Positions 38,609 to 49,500 of a stretch of DNA of 64,000 nucleotides are shown here, in pieces. Positions within the stretch are counted from its first letter, which is position 1; the number at the start of each line of letters is the position of its first letter. The position numbers and the translations under genes were made by a program. The notes beneath the pieces are model-generated. The model saw only the letters and a list, made by a program, of their open reading frames with translations, was not told the DNA's origin and did no database searches. Origin of the DNA: Blepharisma stoltei ATCC 30299 (lineage: Eukaryota > Protista > Ciliophora); NCBI GenBank assembly GCA_965603825.1, contig CBFDEM010000047.1:620001-684000 (forward strand), written 5' to 3'.

Positions 38609-38869
38609 TTAATGAACAGTTAAGCTGCCACTTGATCCTGTTTTATCTATCTGCATACTGGTATCAACTGTTATAACATGATGATTTAAGCCTCTTTTTG
38701 TATACAATGTGCTGGACTCTATGTTCAACACAGGGGCTCTCTCTGCTTTCATCCTCCAAATGATATTCTTTTGGTTTTTTAAGTCTTTTTCAGCAAATGA
38801 TATCAGTCTATGTTTATTCCGAAGTTTTTGAGACATTTTGCCATTGCAAGTACAAACGCATACACCCAT
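38609..38869 (-). CDS. Acylated microprotein family member 5 (86 aa)
   Basis: Probable start ATG at 38869: MGVCVCTC..IIWRMKAERAPVLNIESSTLYTKR. Confidence 0.82.
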   Translation of the reverse strand: MGVCVCTCNGKMSQKLRNKHRLISFAEKDLKNQKNIIWRMKAERAPVLNIESSTLYTKRGLNHHVITVDTSMQIDKTGSSGSLTVH

Positions 38870-39240
38870 TTTTAATTTATAACTAATTATTATGTAAGTA
38901 TTGTAAGTAAATGAAATAAATGGGATTCCAATGCAAAAAAACAATTAAAAGCCCAAGGATGTTTTGACAATAGTAAGCAGAAATACTAATAATGATTAAA
39001 TCCTATTATTATCATTCAGGCTTTATTATAGTATATTTATGATATCTTATACTGCGTTTTTGCCAACAAGTCTTATTAAAAATTACCAAAAAAATACTTA
39101 GCATTTCAAAATTCAGTCTATTTCTTGAAAGCACTATATAAAATTTAAATTAATCTCTATATATAAAGGGCTAGTTATACTAAAAACTTATATGGATCGA
39201 AATGATAAGAAAAGAAAGGATAAAAATTATTTAATATTTT

Positions 39241-39597
39241 TTAATTTAAACCGCTTTGAAATTCATTGATTTCATTTGCAGTGCAAGTTGAGGGCGAGAT
39301 TCCACTTGTTAATGGTTCATTTGTAACATTTACAATTTCATCTTTTTCTTTAAGTTCAATCAAATTCAATATATCTATTTCAGATGCTTTTCTTCGGATT
39401 CTTTTGTTGTATAGATTACTGTTTTCTATTCTTAGCCGCGGAACATACATCAATTTTTTGATGTTAACAAGGTAATTTTGAGCAAATAATTCTCTTTGCA
39501 TTTCAAGGGTCGTATTTAGCTTTTGGGACGGAATACTTTCAGAAACTGGGGTTTTGTAATTATTGTGATGATGATTGATCCCGAAGCACGATCCCAT
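39241..39597 (-). CDS. Acylated microprotein family member 6 (118 aa, divergent)
   Basis: MGSCFG..IKKLMYVPRLRIENSNLYNKRIRRKAS. Confidence 0.78.
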   Translation of the reverse strand: MGSCFGINHHHNNYKTPVSESIPSQKLNTTLEMQRELFAQNYLVNIKKLMYVPRLRIENSNLYNKRIRRKASEIDILNLIELKEKDEIVNVTNEPLTSGISPSTCTANEINEFQSGLN

Positions 39598-40609
39598 AAT
39601 TTAAATTTATCTCGAGGTGTATCATCACAAAGATGAAACGATGAAAAATGGAATTATATTTTGAGAGACAAATTTTACAAAAAATTATTATCTTTTACAC
39701 AGTTTTTATGGGTTTTAAGGCTCAAGTTAATTAAATCACCAAGTTTTTAGGAAATTTTATAAAAAGATTATAATGGGAATGATAAAGTTCTTGAAGCAGA
39801 CTATAAGCTGCATGAAAAATTGTTTGAGAGTAAGAGAATAATGAATGAAAAGCTAAATAATTAGGCTTTCTAAGCAAATAGAACTTAATTTTATGATTAA
39901 TTAATTAGGTGTTCTTTATAGAAATATATATACAATAGGAGTAGGAATAAGAAATGCTAATTATCCATTAAAAAAGCTCGAGCAGGCAATAAAAAGAATT
40001 ATGATTATATAAGCTATATAAAAATTGCAAAAAGATTGAGAAATATCTAAATAAAAATCAGACTTTTTTTAAAATAGTGCCTGAATTTTTAGATTTTATA
40101 AGGAAAAAATTTTAATCATAATGGATTATGCTGGCCTCAAATAAAATTGCCCTATATAAATTCACCATTTTGACTTAATCATTTTGCAAATGGCAAAACC
40201 TATAATAATTTTCGAAAAATAATCAAATCAAGCCAAAATAGAAGCCATTTAATCAAATAATAAGTATTAGATTATAAAAAGCCGAAAATACAAACCTTAT
40301 AAAAATTATAATTTTATTTCGCTGAATTTTTAAATGAGATTTATAAATTATTTTAGATTTTCTAATATCATAATAAGTTTTCGAAGTAAACTGGCCACGT
40401 AACTTTTTTTTTGGAAGACCCAGATACAAATTCAAAAAAATGGCCATGCTTGGAGCTGATTTAAGTCTAGAATCCTTAAGGATAAATGAAATACCAATTA
40501 TAATAAAATAGCAAACAATAATAGATAATTTTAATTATCCAAAAAATAGTTGATTAATTATGATGAACAGTTGATCTGTTATTAAAGAAGCAATTAAATT
40601 TACATACTT

Positions 40610-40873
40610 TTAAACTGGACTTGCAAGCGTAGCTGACTGGTCACCTGAGGAAGAGAATCCATCCATTGTAGGAAGTGATTTTTGACTTACAAATTGGCAT
40701 CTCTCTAGTCGATGAATAAATAAAGGATTTATTCTTATATTCAGCTGAGGAGCTACCTTAGCCTTATCTTTCCACAATTTCCTCCTCATTTGGGCTATAT
40801 TTTCTTGATCAGCATCCTTATGTCCTTGAGGACACGTAGATGAGACTTTGAAAGTGCCACAGCAAGATCCCAT
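40610..40873 (-). CDS. Acylated microprotein family member 7 (87 aa)
   Basis: MGSCCG..RRKLWKDKAKVAPQLNIRINPLFIHR. Confidence 0.82.
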   Translation of the reverse strand: MGSCCGTFKVSSTCPQGHKDADQENIAQMRRKLWKDKAKVAPQLNIRINPLFIHRLERCQFVSQKSLPTMDGFSSSGDQSATLASPV

Positions 40874-41508
40874 TTTAGTAATTTATAAGAAATTTGCAGC
40901 ATTAAAAATATCGCCACTATTAATAAAAATAGATTAATATGCCTTAAAAGTTTAACTGCTTTTTTATATAATTATAAAAGGCGAAAATAATAAATCAATA
41001 TCTTTATAAGTCATATGATGTCACATTTTTGTTTTCATAAGTCCATTTTGTGTCAGCAAAACCAGTAGCCACACACAAAAAACTTTGAGATTTTCTAATT
41101 TTGATTATTGAATTGGTAAAAATATATAAAATAAATAATAAATTCGAGATTTATTTATTTTCTTCTGAATATTTATGTTTGCTCAAATTTATAATAGACT
41201 CACTCTTAATTAAGATGAGATAAAAGAGCTCATTTAATTCTTTTTTCAAAATGTAGTGTTATGATGTAGAAATCCTTTGTGAAACTATTTTAATTGCTAA
41301 TTTTATTGAATTTAACCTCTTTTTTAAGTAAATTTATACTAATTTACTATGGATAGAACAATTTATAAAATTTTGGCGGTAGAGCTAAAGCTCTTTCTGA
41401 CTTAAATTTTCACCTTTCGAGCTATTTATGAGAAAACTGCATATAGTAACACTAACCTAAATTATGATAGAAGACGTAAACATTTATACGTAACTTTTTA
41501 CAAATTAA

Positions 41509-41784
41509 TTAACTTGAAATTGATAGTGTACTGTCTATAGTAGAATTTGCATCATTTTGATACAAATTCTGCTTTTTAATCTGCGATTTAGCCACTCTTT
41601 TTTTATATAACTTGCTAGCGTTTATATTCAGCATTGGCGCACAAGCAGCTTTTGTTTCGTAAATTTTCCTTTTTTGTATTTGAATTCGTGTTTCAGCATC
41701 TATAAATAGGCCTGTCTTGAATTTATCCTTTCTTCGAATTGGAATATCAATATTTTTGAAATCTCTTCCACAGCATGAGCCCAT
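41509..41784 (-). CDS. Acylated microprotein family member 8 (91 aa)
   Basis: MGSCCG..KRKIYETKAACAPMLNINASKLYKKR. Confidence 0.82.
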   Translation of the reverse strand: MGSCCGRDFKNIDIPIRRKDKFKTGLFIDAETRIQIQKRKIYETKAACAPMLNINASKLYKKRVAKSQIKKQNLYQNDANSTIDSTLSISS

Positions 41785-42258
41785 AATAATTTTTAATAAA
41801 AATCTCCAAGTTTATAAAGAAATCATAAAATGAATATGGCAGAAACTCAAACTTAGTGGCTGATTTTTTTATGCAAAATTACAAAAAATAATTCGAATTT
41901 AGGTTAAAAATTTTTAATTTTTTTGCAATTTGATACCTTATTCGCTTTAATTTTTATATTTTAAATTTTCATATAAAATGGATTACTGAATTTGAAGATC
42001 TTTGGAGAATTGTGATAATTCTTTATATTTAAATTTGCCTCATTAGTTATAATCTTTAGACATGCTTTATCTAATGATTGAATTCAATCTATGTATCAAA
42101 ATAAGAAAAATAAATATTAGTGGCTGATTTTTTATTTTTTTCATAAAGTGGTAATTCAAAAGTTAGATTAAGATTTTTGAGATCATTGATGATGCTTTAT
42201 CACTGATCATGCTTTTAAAGCTAAAACTTCATATATAAATTTAAATTTTAATGGTAAA

Positions 42259-42552
42259 TTAAATTAAGACTGATGATACACTAGACTTCGTTGAATAAAC
42301 TTTATCAAACTCTATGTCTCTTGTGTTTTGTTTGCACATTAGCCTTATTGTTGCCCTAGATTTATAAAGACTGCTATCTTGGATATGCAGCTTAGGAGCA
42401 TTTTGAGCTTTCTTTTTATAAATTTTTGTTTTTTGCTTAAACAAAGTTTGGTTATTAAGTAAAATTGTTATCTTTACTTGTTTGTACTCTTTCTTATGCT
42501 GTAAAGCTTGAGGATTCTTCTTATTGATAGCTATAAAATTGCAAGCGCCCAT
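42259..42552 (-). CDS. Acylated microprotein family member 9 (97 aa)
   Basis: Probable start ATG at 42552: MGACNF..KIYKKKAQNAPKLHIQDSSLYKSR. Confidence 0.8.
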   Translation of the reverse strand: MGACNFIAINKKNPQALQHKKEYKQVKITILLNNQTLFKQKTKIYKKKAQNAPKLHIQDSSLYKSRATIRLMCKQNTRDIEFDKVYSTKSSVSSVLI

Positions 42553-42872
42553 AAAAGAAAATTTTATCAATTCTAGAGTTTTATGGAAAAATGAAAAATT
42601 ATGGCCTTTATGTAATATGGCTAAGGTATATCTTTTGGAACAATTAAGATTTTCATTTTTAATTTAGATCTCTACTTTTGTTAAATGGTGCTAAAGTTTA
42701 GATCTATATTCCTGGTTTTAAATAAACTTCTAAAATTGTTTTAATTTCCTAGAAATTATCGAATAAGTCCATGGAAAGGAAGAGTAAATATTATCTTAGT
42801 TTTATAATTTCTGATTGAAAGATTTATTTTTTAAAGCATTCTGTTATCAAAATGATAAACTATTATTTAAAA

Positions 42873-44204
42873 ATATTTATTTTGTTTCATTATTAAATAA
42901 ATATGGCTTTGAAGTATAAAATAATAAATTGATATTAAATTATTTGATTAGAATAGTTATGGTAAAAAAGCGTCTTTATTGCCGTTAGCTGTTTTTGGTT
43001 AACTCATGCTATAGCAACTTGATAATCTCTTACTTATATCTTCAGATTTTTTAATGAAGGCTGTTTTATTAGCTTGGATTCGTTTATTTATTGATGAGCA
43101 ATTCTTTTCAAAATGATCCTTTAAATAGTGTACAATAAATGTAGTTTTATTTTAGCAGCTAGCTTATTATGATAAATTAAGAGGCTGTTAATAATTGCTC
43201 TGAATTATTAATTATTATAGCCTAATGCATAGAAGCCTTCATTATAATATTAATTATTTAAAATCATACTTGCATTGCTATAAATTACGTTCTTAAGATT
43301 TTCATCTAATTCAGAGAGTTTAATCAATATTTCTTTACGAATTTCACGTATCTCTTGTGTTGATGTGTTGGGGTATAAAACATTAATGAATCTTTTCAGC
43401 ACAAAATAATCGTCTTTTTCTATAGCTTTGATTAGTAAATTTATTGGTATGTTTTCAATCAAAAAACTTATTGATTCAATATTTCGTGCATTTACACCAG
43501 CTTCGTAAAAAGAGTCAATGTATTTTTCAATAAATTTAAGAGTTTCGACTTTGGGATATCTTTTCATAATCCCTTCAAGAAATTCGACGTTTCCACCGCA
43601 TAATGCTCAGCGAATTTTGCATGCAATATTAGATTCGGAGTCTCGGCGCATCATCTTTAATTTTTGAATCTGATAATTTGGATTTTTTCATTTTATTTAT
43701 TATAAGCTAAATAAAAACTTGATAATAAATGGTGCTTCTTTAATACAACAAAAATATATGAAATTTATGTTTTCATTCTTTAATAAAAGTGCCAAGAATT
43801 TTTTAAATACTGCTGGAGATGGCGAAAAATAAAGCAATTTAGCATTTATCAGTTTCCTTTTATATGATATTAAAAATAACTTATGCTTATAAAAAAATTT
43901 AGGGAATTTTTTTATGAAAGAAGAGTCACGGACCGGGCTCGATTGAGGTGGCACATCTGCTAAAAATTAGCATAGACGCCTAGCATTTAAAATGAAAACT
44001 GAAATCTCTTTCAACCAAAATGGAAAAAGTCACTTAAGTACTAGTTTAAATAGAGAAATTGTGATCTATCGACCTCTCGATTTTAATAGTCTTAAACAGA
44101 GGCAAAGCATGACTTATCACTTTTATAAGCAAAAAACTTATATATTTATTTTGTTTCAGTATTAAATCTAATAAATATAGCTTGAAGTAGAAAATAATAA
44201 AATT
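42873..44204. repeat. Pair of ~60-bp imperfect direct repeats (42873-42930 and 44142-44204) flanking the orphan ORF
   Basis: ATATTTATTTTGTTTCA[T/G]TATTAAAT..AAATAT[G/A]GCTT(T)GAAGTA[T/G]AAAATAATAAA occurs twice. Confidence 0.7.
43250..43654 (-). CDS. 134-aa orphan helical protein
   Basis: ATG ATG CGC at 43654 is in frame through one TGA with track ORF 43250-43567 (MMRRDSESNIACKIR-W-ALCGGNVEFLEGIMKRYPK..). Confidence 0.5.
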
Positions 44205-44411
44205 TATCCTTTGGATTGCCAGTTGGTGTTGTATTCCTTGCTGTGATCGCTAGATAGGCAAGTGAAAAATTGCTATAAGCCATTAGATCCATCATTTTAA
44301 TTATAATTAATATTAAAAATTAATATTTTAATATTTTTATTTATGAAGTTTTAACAGCTATAAAAGTTATAAGTATTTAAATATTAATTACGTTAGCTAA
44401 TGATTACAAAG

Positions 44412-46556
44412 CTAGATAATAATAAAATTAGTAACTGTGTTTAGAATGAGATCCGAGTTAATAGGCTTGGCTATGTAAAATTTCATCCCAGATGAATAGC
44501 ATTTAATCACATTTTCATCTGACAGATTTGCAGTAATCCCAACAATATTCGGCATCGAGCTTATTTTTCTATCTTGATACAGATTTTTTATTTTTTTCGA
44601 AACTTCCCACCCATCTAGGCTTGGCATAACGCAGTCCATTATTACTAATTTCACCGGCTTTTTTCTATCATCTTGCCACAATATTTGTTTTATTGCTTGT
44701 TTTCCGCTTAAAGCTTCAATATATGGAACATTTATTTTCCTTAAAAATGATGCAATAACTTCTCTGCTGAAATCACTATCATCAACAATAAGGACTTGAG
44801 GGTGGGAGCTTTTATTATATATTTTCTGTGGAAAAGAGTTAATAGAATCAGCTTCACACACTGAATTTTCAAAACTTTGGTCAAGAGAATTGAAAAAAGA
44901 GCACCCCTCAAATAAATGCAAGGTAAAATAGAAAGCAGAGCCTTGAAAAAGTGACGATGAAATATGAACTCCAGATCCTCCTAGCTTTTGGACGAGTATT
45001 TTTGAAATATGCAAGCCAAGCTCTCCCGACTGTGAATAATTGCAGCAATAACCTATTGATGGCGAATTCAGCTGTTTAAGCCTTTCTTTTGGTATACCAA
45101 TTCCTGTATCTGAAACCATAATTTTAAGCCCATTATTTTTATTCAATAAAGCACACAGTTCAATTTGTCCTCTGTTGGTAAATCTAAATAAAAATTACTT
45201 CAAAGCATTGCTCAAAAGATTTATTATTATTTGGCAAAATCTTTGGGAATCCGTATTCACAATTTCAGGAATGCCAGGGTCTATTCTTAAAGACAGTTTT
45301 ATATTTTTCTTCTGAGCCAGTATATTATATAAATTATAGCATCCCCTCAATATAGTCCGGATATTGAATTCTTGCTTGTGCAATTTAAATTCTTCTTGGA
45401 TAATTTGAGAAAAATCAAGCAAATTACTAATAAAATGAGTTAAAATGTTGGTGAAAACTCTTATTTGGACCAGCTTCCCTAAAAGTTCACTTCCTAATCT
45501 ATCTCCATGATCATCAAAAATCTGGTCAATTAATTTTAATATTTCGGTCATTGGATTTTTAATTTCATCTGAAATTGACCCTAATATCAGAGTTTTGTAT
45601 TTATTTTGTGCTGAAGTTTGCTCAAGCTCTATAATCTGATTGGCATTGCTAGCACTCACTAAAAGCGCTTCTTGATCTTTCCACAGAATTTTTTTGGCTT
45701 TTCATTCTAAATTAATGGCCCCAATTTTTACTATTCCTAAGGACAGCTCATTATTAATTGGCAAAGACTTTAATGAATGCAGGCAATCAATTAAAAATTC
45801 AGAGTTAGAGTACTGATTTTCAAATTTTTTGCCTTCGACATACTTCAAGCCCCTTAACTTTGCTGTGACGTTTTCTAATGATGCTCCAACGTAGAGTATC
45901 ATTTTATCGTTGATAAAAGTTGGAATAAATTCATCGTTGAACACAATCAATCCATCTGGGAAAGCTTGTAAAATTACTGCAAGGCTTTTTTCAGCTTGCT
46001 CTAATTTTCTTCTAAATGCGTATCGGTCAAAGCTTTTTGATCTTCTATAGGATTCTTCATAAATATGAATAAAAATTATAAGGAATGGCCCATAGATTTC
46101 ATTAGGAGATGATAATAAGATTTGGCCTGATAGAAGCTTTCAGCCATGCCATATAAAGACGTGTTTTCCTATCAAAAATAAGAGAAACCATAAACTTTTG
46201 ACAAAATATTTTTGAATGCATAGAACCATTGTTGACTCTATTATGATAATTGCCTTGTTTTCTTCTTTTAAAGATAAGGAAATATAATAAAGCCCAAAAT
46301 TCATTATTTCTGTCGCAAAAATTACAATTACTGATGAGATTGGATTATATTTTATTACATTAGACCTGACCATAATAATAGAAAGCACAATCGTTATGGT
46401 CATCAGAATGCTTGGAATTGTCCACACAAAGTCAAAGCCTAAATAAAATCCTAAAATCAATTTGTATACAGTCGAAGTGATAGCAATGAAATAGGCTGCA
46501 TTTTTAAAAGCTGTGACGGAGATCTCAAATTCTTCTTTATACCAATTATCGAACAT
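44412..46556 (-). CDS. Membrane-bound hybrid histidine kinase-like protein (TMs, PAS-like, HisKA, HATPase, receiver), 709 aa, H-box His replaced by Asp
   Basis: Four track ORFs joined by two TGA codons and the 15-nt intron 45184-45198. N-box TDSQRFCQIIINLLSNALK|FT; G1 VSDTGIGI; G2-like GELGLHIS; receiver VLIVDD..VIMDCVMPSLDG..ITA..AKP. Confidence 0.88.
45184..45198 (-). other. 15-nt intron GTAATTTTTATTTAG
   Basis: Contains an in-frame TAA; removal restores the NALKFT N-box. Confidence 0.92.
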
Positions 46557-47135
46557 ATTTATTAGTTTATAAAAAAAAGAATTTTCATTTGTAAAATATA
46601 TTTACTTTCAGAAATGCTGAGGATTTAGGCAAATCTAGGCTATTTTTAGATTCATAAATAATTTTTTTTAATAAAAGATGTATAATTCATTTACTTTGCA
46701 ACAATTGATTTATGAGAAAATTCTATTTGAATTAAAGACCCGAATGCATTAGAATGATACTTAAGTTGAATAAAAAATTAAAATTTTTATTTTATTAATA
46801 TGGATTAATTAAATAAAGTATTCCGAATCCTATTGGGAAGTCGTTTAATTGAAATATTATCAATTATGATACTGAATATATTTTAATAAGTCTAATATAA
46901 TTAAAACTTGACAGAATTTTGAAAAAATACTTTTCTTAATAAAAATCTATGTTGCAATCAAAAATATACGATTTTGTAGGCATCATAATCTTATAATATC
47001 TATTACTGACAAGTAAATTGAAAATTTATTTTATTTTCTGATAAACGAATATGGAGTTTTTGAACCTAAAATAAAAGCAACAAGTTAAGATTAGTAGATG
47101 TTAAAAATTATTTAATTTCAATTGGAAAGCAATAC

Positions 47136-47402
47136 CTATACCACCACATAAGCATTGTTCATGCCAATAGTTAGATCTTTACAATCTTCTTTAAGCCTAT
47201 TTAGGCGTTTGCTATACAAGCTGTTTTTGCCTAAATCCAGTTTTGGTGCATGAACAGCTTTTTTAATTCTGATTAAATTCATCTGTATTAAGAATTCATT
47301 TTTTGATGTGATTTTAGTGTTGCCATTAGTTTCTTTGAAATGATCATCAAGATCTGCAATTGTTCTAAAGCGTTTTTTTTGCTTAGAGTAACACAAGCCC
47401 AT
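47136..47402 (-). CDS. Acylated microprotein family member 10 (88 aa)
   Basis: MGLCYSK..NLIRIKKAVHAPKLDLGKNSLYSKRL. Confidence 0.82.
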   Translation of the reverse strand: MGLCYSKQKKRFRTIADLDDHFKETNGNTKITSKNEFLIQMNLIRIKKAVHAPKLDLGKNSLYSKRLNRLKEDCKDLTIGMNNAYVVV

Positions 47403-48174
47403 TTATTTTTTTGAGTATTAACTTAACTGTTTAATGGCGTTCAAAAAATATGAAGCAAGGCAGTTGTTTTATAAGGCACAATAAAATTCAATTCGAAATC
47501 GTATTAGGTTTGACACAATAATCTTATTCACCAAGTTTTTAATTAATCAATTTGTCAAAAACTATTTAAAAGAAATATATTATTAATAGATATATAGCAT
47601 ATCTAAAGTTTAAACTTATGCTCAATCTATGCCTTTTAGGATTTTTGACCAAATCACATTTGACATTTTCAATCATGATATACACAAAAATGGACTGTTT
47701 CTTTTTGGTTTCAGAATTCATTTTATTTGATGAAAATGGATTTTAGCTTAATAAATTCAAATTTATCACAAGCTATTTTATAAAAAATTTCGAAATAAAA
47801 CTGATAAGTATCATTTTCAAATAATTAAATAAGACTTTTCTGTATTAGAGTCAATAAAGTTAATTTACTTTACAATTAGTTTTAATTTATTTAGATTATA
47901 TGAAGTGCTCAATTCTAACAGAAATAAAGTTATTGTATTGTTTTAGAACAAAATAGCACTGATATTAAGTCATCAATCAATTTCAGACTCCATAAAAATT
48001 TTGTCAATAAGATTTACAATATTGAGAATTTTTAACAAATTTTATGAATCGATAACATTTTAAATTATGCATTTGAATTAAAAGAAAATTATGATTTTAA
48101 ATTTTCTTCAAAAGTCCATTTTTTAAACTTTCCTTTACGGTTTCAGCAAGTAAAAATAATAAATTTTATTTATT

Positions 48175-48444
48175 ATGGGCGCGTGCTACGGATCTAAGCC
48201 AAAACCATCTAACAACAAAAAAATTTGCCCTTTAAAGATTCATAATGATAATGAAAACATGTATGAGAGTCTAAAAATCGAAGGCCAAAAGAAAAGATTA
48301 TTTTTGAAAAAAGCTTTGGAAGCTCCACTGCTTAATATTACTGAAAATGATTTATATCAAAGAAGAGCATCACGATGACAGAACGAAATGTATCAATCCT
48401 GCAGTAATCTTGAACAATCAACCTCAACAAACTCATTGTGCTAA
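48175..48444 (+). CDS. Acylated microprotein family member 11 (89 aa; only + strand member)
   Basis: MGACYG..FLKKALEAPLLNITENDLYQRRASR-W(TGA)-QNEMYQSCSNLEQSTSTNSLC*. Confidence 0.85.
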
Positions 48445-49340
48445 AACTAAAAGATAATTATAAGATTAATCAAAAAATTGTATTAAATAATGTTTTATTT
48501 TAGCAAAAGCTAAATATTTTCAGTTGCTTTTTAATTTGGAGCAAAGATGATAGGGATAGACAATAGTTGATATTATTTTTATGTTTAGTAAACTGCTAAA
48601 TAAAAATGGAAATAAGTCCGATCAGAATGCATTATTTGAAGTATGGACATAATAATTGATTAAAAATTTAAAAAATATTTAAATTTATCATAAAATCGTG
48701 AAAAAATTTGGGCTGAGTTTAAATTCAAAAAAGGCAATAATTCTCGTATATTTGTCTCTTAAAAAGAAAGAGTATTGTAGCCTTATATTGACGAAAGCAA
48801 ATTTCTTTTTATATCGGAGTAAAGTAGAACTGAAAAGAGCTGCTATGCTAAGCAAATAGGTTTCTTCAAGAACTTTTCTCTTTTCATCAAAAAATAATTT
48901 TCGAATTTTTGGTATAAATTTTTGCGAGCTATGTAAAAATTAAAGGTTTGAAGATTTTATTATCTGTAGCAAATTTTCTTAAAGGCTACAAAACTAAAAA
49001 TTTCATAAATTTAAGATCGTCAAGAATAAAAAGTTTTTTAATTAAATTTTGATTTAATTTCACTCTTTAGAAGATGGAAGCTCTATTCCTAGCCTTCACT
49101 AAAGAAAATTTAGCTTGATCTCAAAAAAATAATATTGTTTTTAAAGCTTTATATTTGCATAAATATAAAGTAATTTCATAAGTGCCTATCAAATATAAAT
49201 CATCATCAATCATGATTTATTGTATATAACCTTCTTTTCTGTCGAGAATAAATTAGCTTTATTTTTTTGGTAACTTAAATGGAGCTATTCAAACTTAAAA
49301 ACAAAGTTATACAAATTAGTTATTTAGTTTAGTCTAACAC

Positions 49341-49500
49341 TTAAGCTCCGCATAAAGAGCAAATCTTTTGGGAGACTATTCCCAGCCTAGCCAAGCGCCT
49401 ACTGTATAAGAGGCTCTCATTGATAGCTAAAATCGGAGCATGAGCTGCCTTTTTGACTCTTATTAAGCTTCAAATATTTTTTTTATCATCATCTTTGAAG
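49341..49500 (-). pseudogene. 5'-truncated remnant of a microprotein family member (paralogue of members 10 and 12)
   Basis: KDDDKKNI-W-SLIRVKKAAHAPILAINESLLYSRRLARLG..CSLCGA*. There is no in-frame ATG or MGxC upstream before a TAA. Confidence 0.65.

Noticed and set aside
44412-46556. Histidine kinase (and the ARH and NlpC/P60 genes) as bacterial contamination or recent HGT
   Set aside because: They use TGA=Trp and host-like composition, and the kinase has a host-type 15-nt intron. Hybrid HKs are common in ciliates.
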